Shown here: one piece after another, positions 12,290 to 24,217 of the stretch
How positions within the stretch are numbered: the stretch's first letter is position 1
Layout of the letters: the number at the start of each line of letters is the position of its first letter
Origin: Heptranchias perlo
Lineage: Eukaryota
Assembly: GCF_035084215.1 (NCBI RefSeq)
Contig: NC_090348.1
Coordinates: forward strand, 41,168,001 to 41,232,000
DNA length: 64,000 nt
Reading direction: 5' to 3'
The notes under the pieces: model-generated
Database searches by the model: none
The model's input: only the letters and a program-made list of their open reading frames with translations
What the model was told of the DNA's origin: nothing
Position numbers and translations under genes: made by a program

Positions 12290-13930
12290 ATTCAAGGTCA
12301 TTTTGTCCATGAGACCCAACTCCTGCTCCCTTGACCTATTCCTACTAAACTGCTGACCACCCAGCTTCCCTTCCTGGTCCCCCATGTGAGCTGATGTTGT
12401 AAATAGTTCCCTGTCCTCAGGTACTGTTCTCTTCCTTTTAAAAACCACCCCCCACCCCTTTCAGAAAACCCACCTTCGATCCCTCTGTTTTTGCAAACTA
12501 CTGCCCCATCTGCAACCTCCCTTTCCTCTCCAAAGACCTTGAACAGGTAGACGCTTCCCAAATCCTCTCCTCAGGTACTCTCCCCCTCACTTTCAAAACC
12601 ACTATCATCACCCCCTCACAAAAAAAAACACCCTTGACCCTTCTGTCTTTGCAAACTACAACCCCTTCGTCAACCTTCCTTTCCTCTCCAAATTTCTTTT
12701 CCATATTGTTGCCTTCTAAATCTGGGCCCAACTTTACTGCAACTCCATGTTTGAATCTCTTCAATCTGTTTTGCATCCTTGCCACAGCACTAAAAAGGCC
12801 CTAACCAAAGTCATACATGACACCTTCTATGACTGTGACCATGATGCACTATCCCTCCTCACCCTCCTCGCCCTCCTCACCCTCCTCGCCCTCCTCGCCC
12901 TCCTCACCCTCCTCGCCCTCCTCACCCTCCTTGACCTCCCTGCAGCCTTTGATATGGTATAACACACCATTCTCCTCCAATGGCTTGCTTCCGTTGTCCA
13001 GCTCGGTGGAATTGCTCACTATTGCCTATCTAATCATATCCAGGGCATCTCCAGCAATCACTTCTCTACGCTCCCGCACTGCTCCCTCCGGAGGCTCCCA
13101 AGGATCTATCCTTCGCTCCCTCCTCTTCCTCATCTACATGCTGCCCTTGGTGACATCATCCACAGACATGGGGTCAGCTTCAACACCCAGCCCTACCTCT
13201 CCACCACCGCTCTCAATCCCTCTCACCACTGCTCTGTGTTGCCCTATTCAATCCCGAGCTGTGATACTCTCCATCACAAAGTCCGCCTGCTGCCACCTCT
13301 ATAACATCACGTGCCTCTGCGTCTGCCTAATCCCATCTGCGGCTGAAACCCTCACCCATGCCTTTGCAACCTCCAGACTCGACTATTCCAATCCTGTCCT
13401 GGCTGCCTTCCCATCCTCCGCCCTCTGTAAACTTCAGCGACTCCAAAACTTTGCTGCCCGTTTCATCTTCTGCACTGAATCCTGGTCACCCATTTTCCTG
13501 ATGACCTACGTTGGATCCTGATCCTCCAAAACCTCAAATTTAAAATTCTCATCCCATTGTTTAAATCCCTTCATGGTCTTGTCCCTCCTTATCTCTGTAA
13601 CTTCCTCCAGCGCTACGACCCTCTCGAACTTTCTATTCGTCTGACTTTGGCCTTTTCCGCACCCCCTTCCCCTCACCCCAATACTGGCAGCCACGCCTCG
13701 GCCTTCTAGGCCCCTCGGAGTGAAATTCCCTCCCTAAATTTCTACACATTTCCACCTCCCTCTCTCACTTTATGATCTTCCTTAAAACCTACCTCTTTGA
13801 CCAAGCACCCCTCCTAATATTTCCTTCTTTGTCGTGGCATCCATTTTTGTCTGATTATACCTCTGTGAAGCACTCTGGGATGTTTTCCTTTATTAAAGAT
13901 GCTACATAAATGCAACTTGTTGTTGTTGTA
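12290..13930 (+). mobile_element. Decayed L2 LINE RT region and 3' tail
   Basis: NYxPISNLPFLSK-like segment, ESLQSV.HPCHSTKKALTKV, LLDLPAAFDMV, SQGSILRSLLFLIYMLPL, AETLTHAFATSRLDYSN; tail gtgaagcactctgggatg...ataaatgcaacttgttgttgttg. Confidence 0.88.
12853..12932. repeat. 9-bp tandem repeat ctcctc(a/g)cc, about 9 units, inside the L2
   Basis: ctcctcaccctcctcgccctcctcacc... read directly. Confidence 0.92.
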
Positions 13931-14529
13931 ATGATGGGTTGGGAGCTTTTTATATATCTACTTCCTGATACAGATGGTACATTGACCAGGAAGGGGAAAG
14001 TTGGGGAAAATTACTATATGTTGTATCCCTATTATATAATGTATTTTGCAGCTATGCAATGTTTTACACATGAATGATATATCCCTGTATGCCTGGCGCC
14101 TGTAAACCAAAACCCAGCAAAGACCCAGCATCCTCAGAAAAGCAGATAAAAAATGTGGGGGAGAAAACAAATTGCAGGTCTAATTACTCATTGGGAACCA
14201 AAGATCTAAACAAGATGTACTGCTTGTAAAAGTGTCTGTTTCAAATGCAATGCAGTTCAATATAGCAACCCACATGCTTAATTAATTTGTAATTGATATG
14301 CAATTAGGGACTAATGAATAATTCCTTTAGACAGTACCAAACAGATACAAATATTGCAATGGTGTTACTACAACCTACACCTATTCTAATTAACATTAAT
14401 TATAGCCCTGCTTGTTTTATTTTACACCTATCCGGTTATCTGTCATTGCTTTACATTTTAAAGCAATTACCAAATAACACTTGGTTGGAATAACCTTTCA
14501 TTTTTAAAGTATAATGTTTCCTTTTCTTT

Positions 14530-15420
14530 CATTCTGATTATCTCCATGAAGACCTGCTGCCCTCCAGGATCTCACCCAAGTAGCCATTCTTCATGTGTAA
14601 GCCGAAGAAAGTGTCGGCAGGATATTCAACTGTGGTGGGCATCACAACCAAGCATTATTCCATCCTCATTTGACATCCAAGTTCAGGCACTTTCCAGCAG
14701 GTGTCACTGGATGAAGTGAGGAGGGGGTAGGAGTGGAAAGGAGGGAGCAGACAATTATAGTACCATTAAAACCACTTCAGTTGAGATTCTGACTCCCCAA
14801 AGCCTTTCCACCATCTACAAGGTACAGGTCAGGAGTGTGATGAAATACTCTCCACTTGCCTGGATAAGTGCAGCTCCAACAACACTCAAGAAGCTCGTCA
14901 CCATCCTGGACAAAGCAGCCCGCTTGATGGGCACCCCATCCACCACCCTAAACATTCACTCCCTTCACCACTGGCGCACAGTGGCTGCAGTGTGTACCAT
15001 CCATAGGATGCACTGCAGCAACTCGCCAAGGCTTCTTCCACAGCAAACCCAAACCCACGACCTCTACCACCTAGAAGAACAAGGGCAGCAGGTACATGGG
15101 AACAACACCACCTGCACGTTCCCCTCCAAGTCACACACCATCCTGACTTGGAAATATATCGCCGTTCCTTCATCGTCGCTGGGTCAAAATCCTGGAATTC
15201 CCTTCCTAACAGCACTGTGGGAGAACCTTCACCACACGGACTGCAGCGGTTCAAGAAGGCGGCTCACCACCACCTTCTCAAGGGCAATTAGGGATAAGCA
15301 ATAAATGCCGGCCTCGCCAGCGACGCCCACATCCCATGAACGAATAAAAAAAAAGTTAGCTCAATATCGGCCGATGATCAAATTTGGGATCTTTCTCGGC
15401 GGTATGGCTCAGTACCTACT
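14530..15420 (-). mobile_element. AmnSINE2-like SINE split by a LINE insertion at 14789-15354
   Basis: cccaagtagccattcttcatgtgtaagcc...gcactttccagcaggtgtcactggat...cagttgagat | gttagctcaatatcggcc...tatggctcagtacc. Confidence 0.6.
14789..15354 (+). mobile_element. CR1-group (Zenon-like) LINE 3' fragment with poly(A)
   Basis: TIYKVQVRSVMKYSPLAW...LDKAARLMG...HSLHHWRTVAA; 3' end gcaataaatgccggcctcgccagcgacgcccacatcccatgaacgaataaaaaaaaa. Confidence 0.8.
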
Positions 15421-16085
15421 ATTCCCTCAAAGGAGTTAGATCTTGTTTTACGAAAAGAAAACCTCCATTTGTGAAATAGTACACCTCCTTGCAAGTACAA
15501 GGATAGAGTGTCTAAGTCTCAGAGCGGACGTGAGCGGCCAATAAAAGAGACGGCAAGAGCGGACCTGAGCGGTGAAATCAAAAATAAAATCAAGACAAAG
15601 ATAAAAAGTGACGACACAGAGAAGCACTGAGGGTAAGCCAGTTTAGTTTATCGGTTAGTGTTTTTAGTGGTTATTGTGTTTAGTGGTTAGTGGTTTTAGT
15701 CGTTGGTAGGATTTTTGTGGCTATTGTGTTAGTGTTGGTTAATTAGCCTTAAAGCTAAACAAACAGTTAAAAAGAGCTGGAAACCAGATCAGTTAAACAA
15801 ACCCAGGGAAAAATCTCAAAAGGTGACGTGATAGTCAACACAGAGTGGGGAGTGGCGGATCCCGAGGCAATTAAACTAAGTCTTCAATTTACTACACACA
15901 GTCTGTCTTTAACTATGAACTATAAATAAATAGTTAAATAAATCAATATTCAGAATAATTAATTACTAATTAATTCAAAATCAAGCTAAAATCCATCTAC
16001 TAAACATAACCTGGACCTTAAGTGTTTCTATTGGTTCTAAAATTAAATTAATACTAACAAATAAATAAATAAGTAAAAACTGGAA

Positions 16086-16803
16086 ATGGCCGTGCAAGCT
16101 GTGAGTTGGGACTGTGGTATGTGGGAGTCTGTGGACAGCGAGGCTGTCCTGGATTGCCACGTCTGCAGCAAATGTCTCTGCCTTGAATCACTCCAGCTCA
16201 GAGTCCTTGAACAGGCTGCGGGGTGGACAGCCAGAATGTTAACCATGGCACCGTGGAGCAGGAGGCAGTCCAAGCGGGGGAGGAGCACAATAGAAAGGTT
16301 GTAGTCACAGGGAATTCCACAATTAAGGGGATAGATAGCGTCTTCTGCAGTCGCGACCGTGAGTCCAGGAGGGTGTGTTACCTACCTGTTGCAAGGGTAA
16401 AGGATATCTCGGAGCAGCTGAAGAGGAGCTTGGAAAGGGAGGGGGTAGATCCAGTTGTCGTGGTCCACGTTGGGACCAATGACATAGGGAAGAAAAGGGA
16501 GGAGGTCCTGATAAGGGAATGTCAGAAGCTAGGAACTAAATTAAAAAGCAGGACCTCACGGGTGGTAATCTCAGGATTACTATCCGAGCAATGGGCTAAT
16601 TGGCATAGGGATAGACCCATCAGAAAGATGAATGCATGACTGAAAGACGGGTGTGGGAAGGGGGGGTTCCATTTCATAGGACACTGGCACCAGCACTGGG
16701 ACAGGAAGAAGCTGTACCGCTGGGATGGGCTCCACCTGAACCGGAATGGGACCAGTGTCTGAGTGGAAAGGATAAATAGGGCTGTCAATAAGACTTTAAA
16801 CTA
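16086..16803 (+). pseudogene. CR1 ORF1: zinc finger/leucine zipper plus SGNH/GDSL esterase-like domain (disrupted)
   Basis: DCGMWE...HVCSKCLCLESLQLRVLE; VVVTGNS (GDS block), CYLPVARVKDI, VVVHVGTNDI, DGLHLNRNG; ends actttaaactag. Confidence 0.85.
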
Positions 16804-16989
16804 GTAAGTGGGGGGGGGATCTGGGGAATAGAACAGAAGTCTGAAGGAAAACAAAATAAGAAATGAGAGTGAAGGTAAGACCAAGGTAAGGAATAAGGGA
16901 AACATAAACGGTCAGGGAACAAATACAGTAATAGAACATAAGTACAAAATGACTGTTAAAAACAAAGGAAGGGGAACAATCACTAAAAA

Positions 16990-19790
16990 CAATTTAAATT
17001 GCCTGTACAGCAATGTGTACAGCATCCAAAACAAAACAGGGGAACTCGAAGCAATAATTCATAGCGTGGAGCCAGATGTGATAGGGATAACCGGATACAT
17101 GGCTACATAAGGAACAGGACTGGCAGTTAAATATTGCAGGATATAATGTATTTAGAAAGGAGAGGGAAGGAAGAAGGCGGAGGGTGGGGTAGCTGTACTA
17201 ATTAGAGACAACATAGTGGCAATAGAAAAAAGGGACATAAGTAACATTACGATAGAAACAGAATCCATATGGATTGAGACAAAGGATAAGAAGTGATCGA
17301 TCATGTTAATAGGGATATTCTACAAACCATCTAATAGTGGACGGGAAGTGGAGGATGAAATATGTGGACAAATCTATGAAATGAGTGAAAAACATTGAAT
17401 AATAATCAAGGGAGATTTCATCTATCCCCAAATAAACTGGCAAGAAAAGGTGGGGAAACAAGTAAAGGGAATGGAGTTTTTACAGTGTGTACAGGACTCC
17501 TTTGTTACCCAGTATGTGAGAAACCCAACAAGAGAGGAATCACTGCTGGATCTAGTAATGGGAAATGAACCAGAACAGATAAGAGAAGTAAGCATAGGGG
17601 AACATCTAGGCAACAGTGATCATAACATAATAAGGTTTAAAATAATGATTGAGAAAGATATAAGCAAGACAAAGACCAACGTAATGGATTCTGAAAAAGC
17701 TAATTTTGAGGGGAAAACAATGGAACTAGGCCAGAAAACGGGAAAAAAATTTTGAAAGAACAAGAAATAGAAAAACAGTGGATAATATTCAAAATGGTGA
17801 TCAATAGAGTTCAGGAGAAATATACCCCTCTAAAAAGCAAGAACAGACTAGCCAATAATGAAACACCATGGATGAATAAAGAGATAAGGGTGAAATTGAA
17901 ACTAAAGAAAAAAGCATACACTAAGTACACAGATAATAAAGGAGAGGATGACAAAGGGGGCTATGAAGAGGTTAGGAAAGAAGTAAAAAAAACAATTAGG
18001 AAAGCAAAAAGGAACGACGAGATTAAATTATCAAGGAATATAAAAAAAAGTAAAATATTCTACAGACACATAAATAACAAAAGAAAAATCAGACTAGGGA
18101 TAGGGCCACTAAGGGATGCACAATATAAACTCACAGGTAACGACAGCGAAATGGCAGAAGTATTGAATAGTTACTTTGCCTCTGCATTTACCAGGGAGAC
18201 TAACAAGGTGGGCTGGACATTAGAGGAAGAGATCGAAAAAGATATTAAAACATTTAAGATAGAAAGGCGGGAGATAATCAAACTAAGGGAGGATAAGACC
18301 CCTGGTCCAGATGGTTTGCATCCACGAATATTAAAAGAAGTTAGGGAGGATGTAGCAGAGGCAATATTACGTATATATAATAATTCACTGGAAAAGGGAA
18401 TCGTGCCAGAGGACTGGCGGATGCTAATGTTATTCCTATATTTAAAAAGGGAGATAGAACAAGTTCAGGGAACTATAGACCAGTTAGCTTAATGTCAGTA
18501 GTATGAAAGATAATGGAATCTTTACTCAAAGATGTAATAGAAAGACATCAAGAGAACGAAAATATAATAAAGAATAGTCAGCATGGATTTCAGAAGGGAA
18601 AGTCATGCTTGACCAACCTTGCTGAATTCTTTGAAGAAGTAACAGAAAGAGTAGACACAGGTACTGTAATAGATGTAATATATTTGGATTTTCAAAAGGC
18701 CTTCGATAAGGTATCACATTGTAGACTTATGGCTATGGTCAGAGCATGTGGAGTCAGGGGACAGGTAGCAGAATGGATAGCAAGCTGGCTACAAAACAGA
18801 AAACGGAGAGTAGGAGTTAAGGGTAGCTACTCAGACTGGCAAAAGATGGGAAGTGGTGTTCCACAGGGATCGGTGCTGGGACCATTGATGTTCACAATTT
18901 ACATTAATGATTTGGATTCGGCAATCGGAAGTATGATTTCAAAATTTGAGGACGACACTAAATTGGTGAAATGGTTAATACAAAGGAAGAATGCGTCAAA
19001 ATGCAAGAGGATATTAATAAACATGCAGAATGGACTTGAAATTTGAAAATGAATTTCAATATAGATAAGTGTGAGGTGGTGCATTTTGGTAGGAAGAAAA
19101 AGGAGACCACGTACTGCTTGGATAATAAGAGTCTAAATGGGATAGAGGATCAAAGGGATCTGGGGGCACAGATACACAAATCACTAAAAGTAGCGACGCA
19201 GATTAATAAGGCCATAAAAAAGGCAAATCAAACACTAGGGTTCATTTCTAGAGGCATAGAATTGAAAAGCAAAGAAGTTATGTTAAACTTGTATAGAACC
19301 TTGATTAGACCACACTCGGAGTATTGTGCGCAGTTCTAGTCTCCATATTATAGGAAGGATGTAAAGGCATTGGAGAGGGTGCAAAAAAGATTCACGAGGA
19401 TGATACTAGAACTGAGAGGATATCCTTATCAGGAAAGGCTGAAAAGACTGGGACTCTTTTCTCTAGAAAAGAGAAGGCTGAGGGGTGACCTGATAGAGGT
19501 CTTTGAGATAATGAAAAGGTCTGATAGGATCGATGTGGAGAAAATGTTTCCACTTTTGGGGGCGTCCAAAACTAGAGGTCATAAATATAAAATAGTTGTG
19601 AATAGATCCAATAGGGAATTCAGGAGAAACTTCTTTACCCAAAGAGTGGTAAGAATGTGGAACGCACACCACAAGGAGTAGTTGAGACAAATAGCCTAGA
19701 AGCATTTAAGGGAAAGATAGATAGACACATGAGGGAGAAAGGAATAGAAGGGTGTCCTGATGGGTTAGATAAAGTAGGGAAGGAGGAGGG
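16990..19790 (+). pseudogene. CR1 ORF2: apurinic-like endonuclease plus reverse transcriptase (disrupted)
   Basis: LNCLYSNVYSIQNK, GGGVAVL, GDF, LDLVMGN, SDHN (EN); [53 protein letters not shown] (decayed FADD). Confidence 0.92.
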
Positions 19791-19882
19791 TCACGTGGAG
19801 CATAAACGTCAGCATAGACCAGTTGGGCCGAAAGGCCTGTTTGTGTGCTGTAGTTTCGATGTAACTCGATATATAATGTAGG

Positions 19883-20222
19883 ACAACAACTTGCATTTAT
19901 AAAGCACCTCTTAATTACATTGAAATTCAGTGAATGTTGTTATGTAGGCAAACACTGCAACTATTTGCAAAGAGAAAGATCTCACAAACAGCAATGAGAT
20001 TTTTGATGGTATTGGTCGAGAGAGAATTGGTGCCCAGGACAATTCACTGGCCTTCATGGAATCTTTAACATCGACCACAACAGATCTTTAGCCTTAATGC
20101 CTCATCTGGAGGACACTACAATATGGCACTCCCTCAGATTATGCACTCAAATCCTGGAGTGGAGCTTGAACCCACTTCTGACTCGATGTTCAGGGACTAT
20201 AAACTCGGCCAAGTCAACACCC
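19883..20222 (-). mobile_element. Deu-domain SINE (degenerate)
   Basis: Reverse tail caacaacttgcatttataaagcacc; cacaaacagcaatgagat; head cttgaacccacttctgactc. Confidence 0.7.
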
Positions 20223-20231
20223 TGACACAAT

Positions 20232-20398
20232 GTTACTTTCAAAAGGGAATTGGATAAATACTTGAAGGGGAGAAAATTTTCAGAGCCATGGGGAAAGGGT
20301 AGGGGGAGTGGGACTAATTAGAAAGCTCTTTCAAAGAGCCGGCACAGGCACGATGGGCCGAATGGCCTCCTTCTGTGCTGCAAAATTCCATGATTCTT
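20232..20398 (+). mobile_element. CR1 3'-end fragment
   Basis: ttcaaaagggaattggataaatacttg...gatgggccgaatggcctccttctgtgctg...atgattct. Confidence 0.85.
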
Positions 20399-20399
20399 A

Positions 20400-20732
20400 A
20401 TGAATTGGTTATGATACTGGACTTGAAACTTAAAGGTTGAGTTCAAATCTGCCCATGACGAATTGTGAAGTTGAATTCAAAAATCTGGTGATCAGAAGGC
20501 TAGCACCAGATAAATAACCACAAAAACTGTTAGTAAAAACTCACTAATGTTCCTCAGAGAAGGGAACCTTTGCCGTCCTGCCCGGTCTGGTCTACAAGTG
20601 ACTTGAGTCCCATGCTATGTTGCTGACTCTTAATGCCCTCTGAAGTGGTCTAGGAAGCCATTTATTTGTAAAAACACTGGAAATGGGCAATAAATGTGGA
20701 CTTGCCGGCATTGCCCACATCCTGAGAACAAA
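20400..20732 (+). mobile_element. MER131/MetaSINE-like SINE with Zenon-like LINE 3' tail
   Basis: B-box gagttcaaatc; tcactaatgttcctcagagaagggaacc...ccggtctggtctacaagtgact...ctcttaatgccctctgaagtgg; tail gggcaataaatg...gcccacatcc shared with the LINE at 14789. Confidence 0.6.
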
Positions 20733-20749
20733 TATAGATGAAAACATTA

Positions 20750-20960
20750 TAGGGTAAATACTCTGAGGCTCCGTGGCATCAGCATGGCCTTGCACCCGGC
20801 CAGCACCTACAGGAAAATCACGGGTGTGCTGCCCATGATTTTCTGTCGATTGAAATCAAAAGATGGAAAGTGGTTCAGACAGCTGGCCTGCAATCTTCCG
20901 ATGTTCAGTGGCTGTGAGGAGGCCCCATCGATGGCGAGGGGGAGCTCACAAAATTGAACC
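20750..20960. mobile_element. Palindromic MITE-like element (degenerate)
   Basis: gctgcccatgattttctgtcgattgaaatcaaagatggaaag centre resembles the MITE at 49853-50061. Confidence 0.4.
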
Positions 20961-21194
20961 CAATAGGAAAAGTTGCACTTCAGCCAATACGTCTGAGTGT
21001 CGTGGCCGTACACTTGCTTCCGTCACCAGGGACAGACCAGTTACCACCAGTACTTCACCTTGCTGCTGTGTAGCTGAAGTGTGGAAATGTGAAATCTACC
21101 GTGTACTGCTGGCGTTTTTCTCAGTTCACGGTATGAAAATTTCACATGCGAGTGACAAAACTGCAGCTGGACAAAATTAAGTTTCGTGCATTTC

Positions 21195-21305
21195 ACGAAA
21201 GAAAAGAAAGACTCGCATTAATAAAGCACCTTGTATGGCCTCAGGATGTCCCAAAGCGCTTTACAACCAATTAAGTACTTTTGAAGTGTAGTCACTGTTG
21301 TAAGG
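21195..21305 (-). mobile_element. Deu-SINE 3' tail fragment
   Basis: gaaagactcgcatt...tcaggatgtcccaaagcgctttacaaccaattaagtacttttgaagtgtagtcactgttgtaa. Confidence 0.75.
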
Positions 21306-21499
21306 CATGAACTTGAAAAGGGTTTTGATTTCACATCACCTCCCACTTCCCCATTAAAGTGCCATTGACTAGTGACAGTTTATTGTTTCCTGCCAATTTC
21401 TGTGTACTTTACTATATGCTGTACCAGGAATTCTTTCTCGTACAGTGAAAATTGTTTTCTTTTCTCTGCAGTTTCCCTCTCCAAAGTTCTGCCCACTCC

Positions 21500-21870
21500 T
21501 CCACTCCCTCACCTGAAAGCATTGACTCCTTCACTGGAGTACGGTTCCATAGGCCCTGGACAACCTTTGACACCTCACACAATTTGGCTTTATTCACGTG
21601 GTTCGTTCTTCGCAGTGAGTGCTGGCTGGCAATCTGACCATGGGGTGCATCACAGCCGAGCCTGGTCATGTCCTCACCGAGTATCTTCCCACATGCACTT
21701 GCAGCAGGGATGGATGTCGTAGGAGTGAGAGCCTTGGCCAATTTTTCCTTCCTTACCCCAGGGGCACCAGTTAATTCTTACCAGTAATGGGAAGTGGTCA
21801 ACTAACTCAACACAGACCAGGGATCAAAATTGGGACTTTCCTGATCTGTACGGCTCAGAGGCACAGATTA
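21500..21870 (-). mobile_element. AmnSINE2-like SINE, near full length
   Basis: ctgaaagcattgactccttcactggagtacggttcc...ggggtgcatcacagccgagcc...ctaactcaacacagaccagggatcaaa...tacggctcag. Confidence 0.7.
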
Positions 21871-22012
21871 CTATCTGAGTGATGCCTACCAGTATTGAAA
21901 TGCACAAAACTCTTTCTGAAATTTAGGAGCACGGAATTAGGATGAAGACTTTCTTTCTTCCATTGCCCCCACTCCCGCCGTACCCGCCTTCTTAAGTTGA
22001 GCATCATCCAAA

Positions 22013-22880
22013 GATAGGAGGAAAGGCAGGCACAATCCAGAACCGAGAGGAAAGGCAGGCACAATCCAGAACCGAGAGGAAAGGCAGGCACAATCCAGAA
22101 TTGAGAGGAAAGGCAGGAACCATCCAGAACTGAGAAGAAAGGCAGGCACCATCCAGAACCGAGAGGAAAGGCAGGCACCATCCAGAACCGAGAGGAAAGG
22201 CAGGAACCATCCAGAATTGAGAGGAAAGGCAGGAACCATCCAGAACTGAGAGGAAAGGCAGGCACCATCCAGAACCGAGAGGAAAGGCAGGCACAATCCA
22301 GAACCGAGAGGAAAGGCAGGCACCATCCAGAACCGAGAGGAAAGGCAGGAACCATCCAGAACTGAGAAGAAAGACAGGAACCATCCAGAACTGAGAGGAA
22401 AGGCAGGCACAATCCAGAACCGAGAGGAAAGGCAGGAACCATCCAGAACTGAGAGGAAAGTCAGGAACCATCCAGAACTGAGAGGAAAGGCAGGAACCAT
22501 CCAGAACTGAGAGGAAAGTCAGGAACCATCCAGAACTGAGAGGAAAGTCAGGAACCATCCAGAACTGAGAGGAAAGGCAGGCACCATCCAAAACCAAGAG
22601 GAAAGTCAGGAACCATCCAGAACTGAGAGGAAAGTCAGGAACCATCCAGAACTGAGAAGAAAGACAGGAACCATCCAAAACCAAGAGGAAAGTCAGGAAC
22701 CATCCAGAACTGAGAGGAAAGTCAGGAACCATCCAGAACTGAGAGGAAAGTCAGGAACCATCCAGAACTGAGAGGAAAGTCAGGAACCATCCAGAACTGA
22801 GAGGAAAGTCAGGAGCCATCCAGAACTGAGAGGAAAGTCAGGAGCCATCCAGAACCAAGAGGAAAGTCAGGCACCATCCA
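22013..22880. repeat. 29-bp minisatellite, about 30 copies (gaactgagaggaaaggcaggaaccatcca and variants)
   Basis: Unit starts at 22021 and 22050 give a period of 29; contiguous units with no spacers. Confidence 0.97.
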
Positions 22881-23519
22881 TGGAGTATATAAATGCAGGT
22901 GGGAGTATTTGGAAGTGGGTGGGAGTTCTTGGATGTGGGCACGTTTTTATGAAATGGTTTTGAATCTGCAAGGAATAGGGCTATTGCTGCAATTATGAAC
23001 TAATGAAGATGTCAACTGCAACAAAAACAAATTAAGTTCCACAGCCAGTTGGCACTCGCCTCTGTTATTTCAGTGTCAGGAATGCTCATTTCTCATTCCT
23101 TGAGCTTCTGGAGAGTTTTGCGGCAGGGATTTTGAAACCTTACAATTGCACATACTGACTGGTTCACACCCACTAACGGCTTCAGTGCACCGCCTTACCA
23201 CTTGCAGATATATTAAACTTACATTCTCTGACTTTTTTTAACACATGCTACTATTTACTGGGTTTGCTAGCTTGTAGAGTAAGGCACTTGGGCTGGTTCT
23301 TGGAACGTTGTGGTCTTGTTGACAGGTACTTTCTAGTGTTGGTTGTACTGTGATTTTGTAACGTTCTTATTACACAAAGGAGCCATGCCACAAAGTAACA
23401 GCATATTTTTAGGGGAGATTGCTGGTTATTTTGTAATTTTTGTTCCACTTTACCCACCCACAAGACCCTCTCTGCCGTACAACCTCCCAGCTGAAGGGTA
23501 AGCAAGAGTCAAGGCCCCA

Positions 23520-23632
23520 GCTCTCTCTCTCTCTCTCTCTCGTTTTCATTCTCTAACAGTTCACTGTACATTTCACAGGAACAGCTTGCGATAATAGGTT
23601 TCCAATCATCCCTCTCTCTCTCTCTCTCTCTT
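23520..23632. repeat. Two (CT)n microsatellites
   Basis: ctctctct tracts at about 23521-23541 and 23612-23631. Confidence 0.9.
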
Positions 23633-24066
23633 CAGGGAAACACCCAGTGTGGAATCAGTAACACCTCCCCCCACCCACCCCCCCGCCTTGATGACAAGGT
23701 AGAAATGTATGTACTTTGAGTGAGGGGAGTGGAAATGATGGATGTAGGTCCATGTCATAAGACCAAGGAAAAAGTCATGGATGAGAAAAGGCCATTAAGT
23801 CAGGGGTCAGCCAGGCATGACTATTCTCTTTGATTTTTCCCTCTGTCTGCTGGGAGATCCCACAGCCCGTCCTTGAGTCTCAGATTGGGAGCTGAGTGGA
23901 GCTGAATGTGGAACTGTATCTGTTCCCAATATATATCACAACACAAGCATCTTACAAAGGTTGGATCCATATTGTTTGGACTTGTCCGGTACAACCAATG
24001 TCCATTATAAACAGATGTAAGGAATCTTACAACACCAGGTTATAGTCCAACTGTTTTATTTGAAAA

Positions 24067-24103
24067 TCACAAGCTTTCGGAGGCTTTCTCCTTCGTCAGG
24101 TGA
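24067..24103 (-). ncRNA. Minimal type I hammerhead ribozyme (inverted copy)
   Basis: Exact reverse complement of 24181-24217. Confidence 0.8.
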
Positions 24104-24180
24104 GTGTGGGGTTCCTTGAAGGTTGTTCCCAGGCATTGTTCTCTGACTATATATGCGGTAACCTTCAAGGAATCCCACAC

Positions 24181-24217
24181 TCACCTGACGAAGGAGAAAG
24201 CCTCCGAAAGCTTGTGA
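24181..24217 (+). ncRNA. Minimal type I hammerhead ribozyme
   Basis: UCAC-CUGACGA-aGGAG aaagc CUCC-GAA-AGCU-U-GUGA: core CUGAnGA/GAAA, stem II GGAG/CUCC, palindromic AGCU stem III, stem I UCAC/GUGA. Confidence 0.8.

Larger units (their letters stand above)
15520..19880 (+). mobile_element. Near-full-length decayed CR1 LINE (5' UTR, ORF1, ORF2, 3' tail)
   Basis: Colinear 5' UTR (repeated gagcggac(g/c)tgagcgg, CCAAT), ORF1, EN, RT and tail gtgctgtagtttcgatgtaactcgat; multiple stops and frameshifts; 5' boundary approximate. Confidence 0.9.

Noticed and set aside
12817-13521. 234-aa ORF with SSP repeats
   Set aside because: Mixed-frame read-through of a decayed L2 with a 9-bp expansion
21855-22732. 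Three overlapping 187-242 aa ORFs
   Set aside because: Arithmetic result of a stop-free 29-bp unit read in three frames
22013-22880. CRISPR-like array (29-bp repeats)
   Set aside because: Units are contiguous with no unique spacers, there are no cas genes, and the context is eukaryotic; it is a minisatellite
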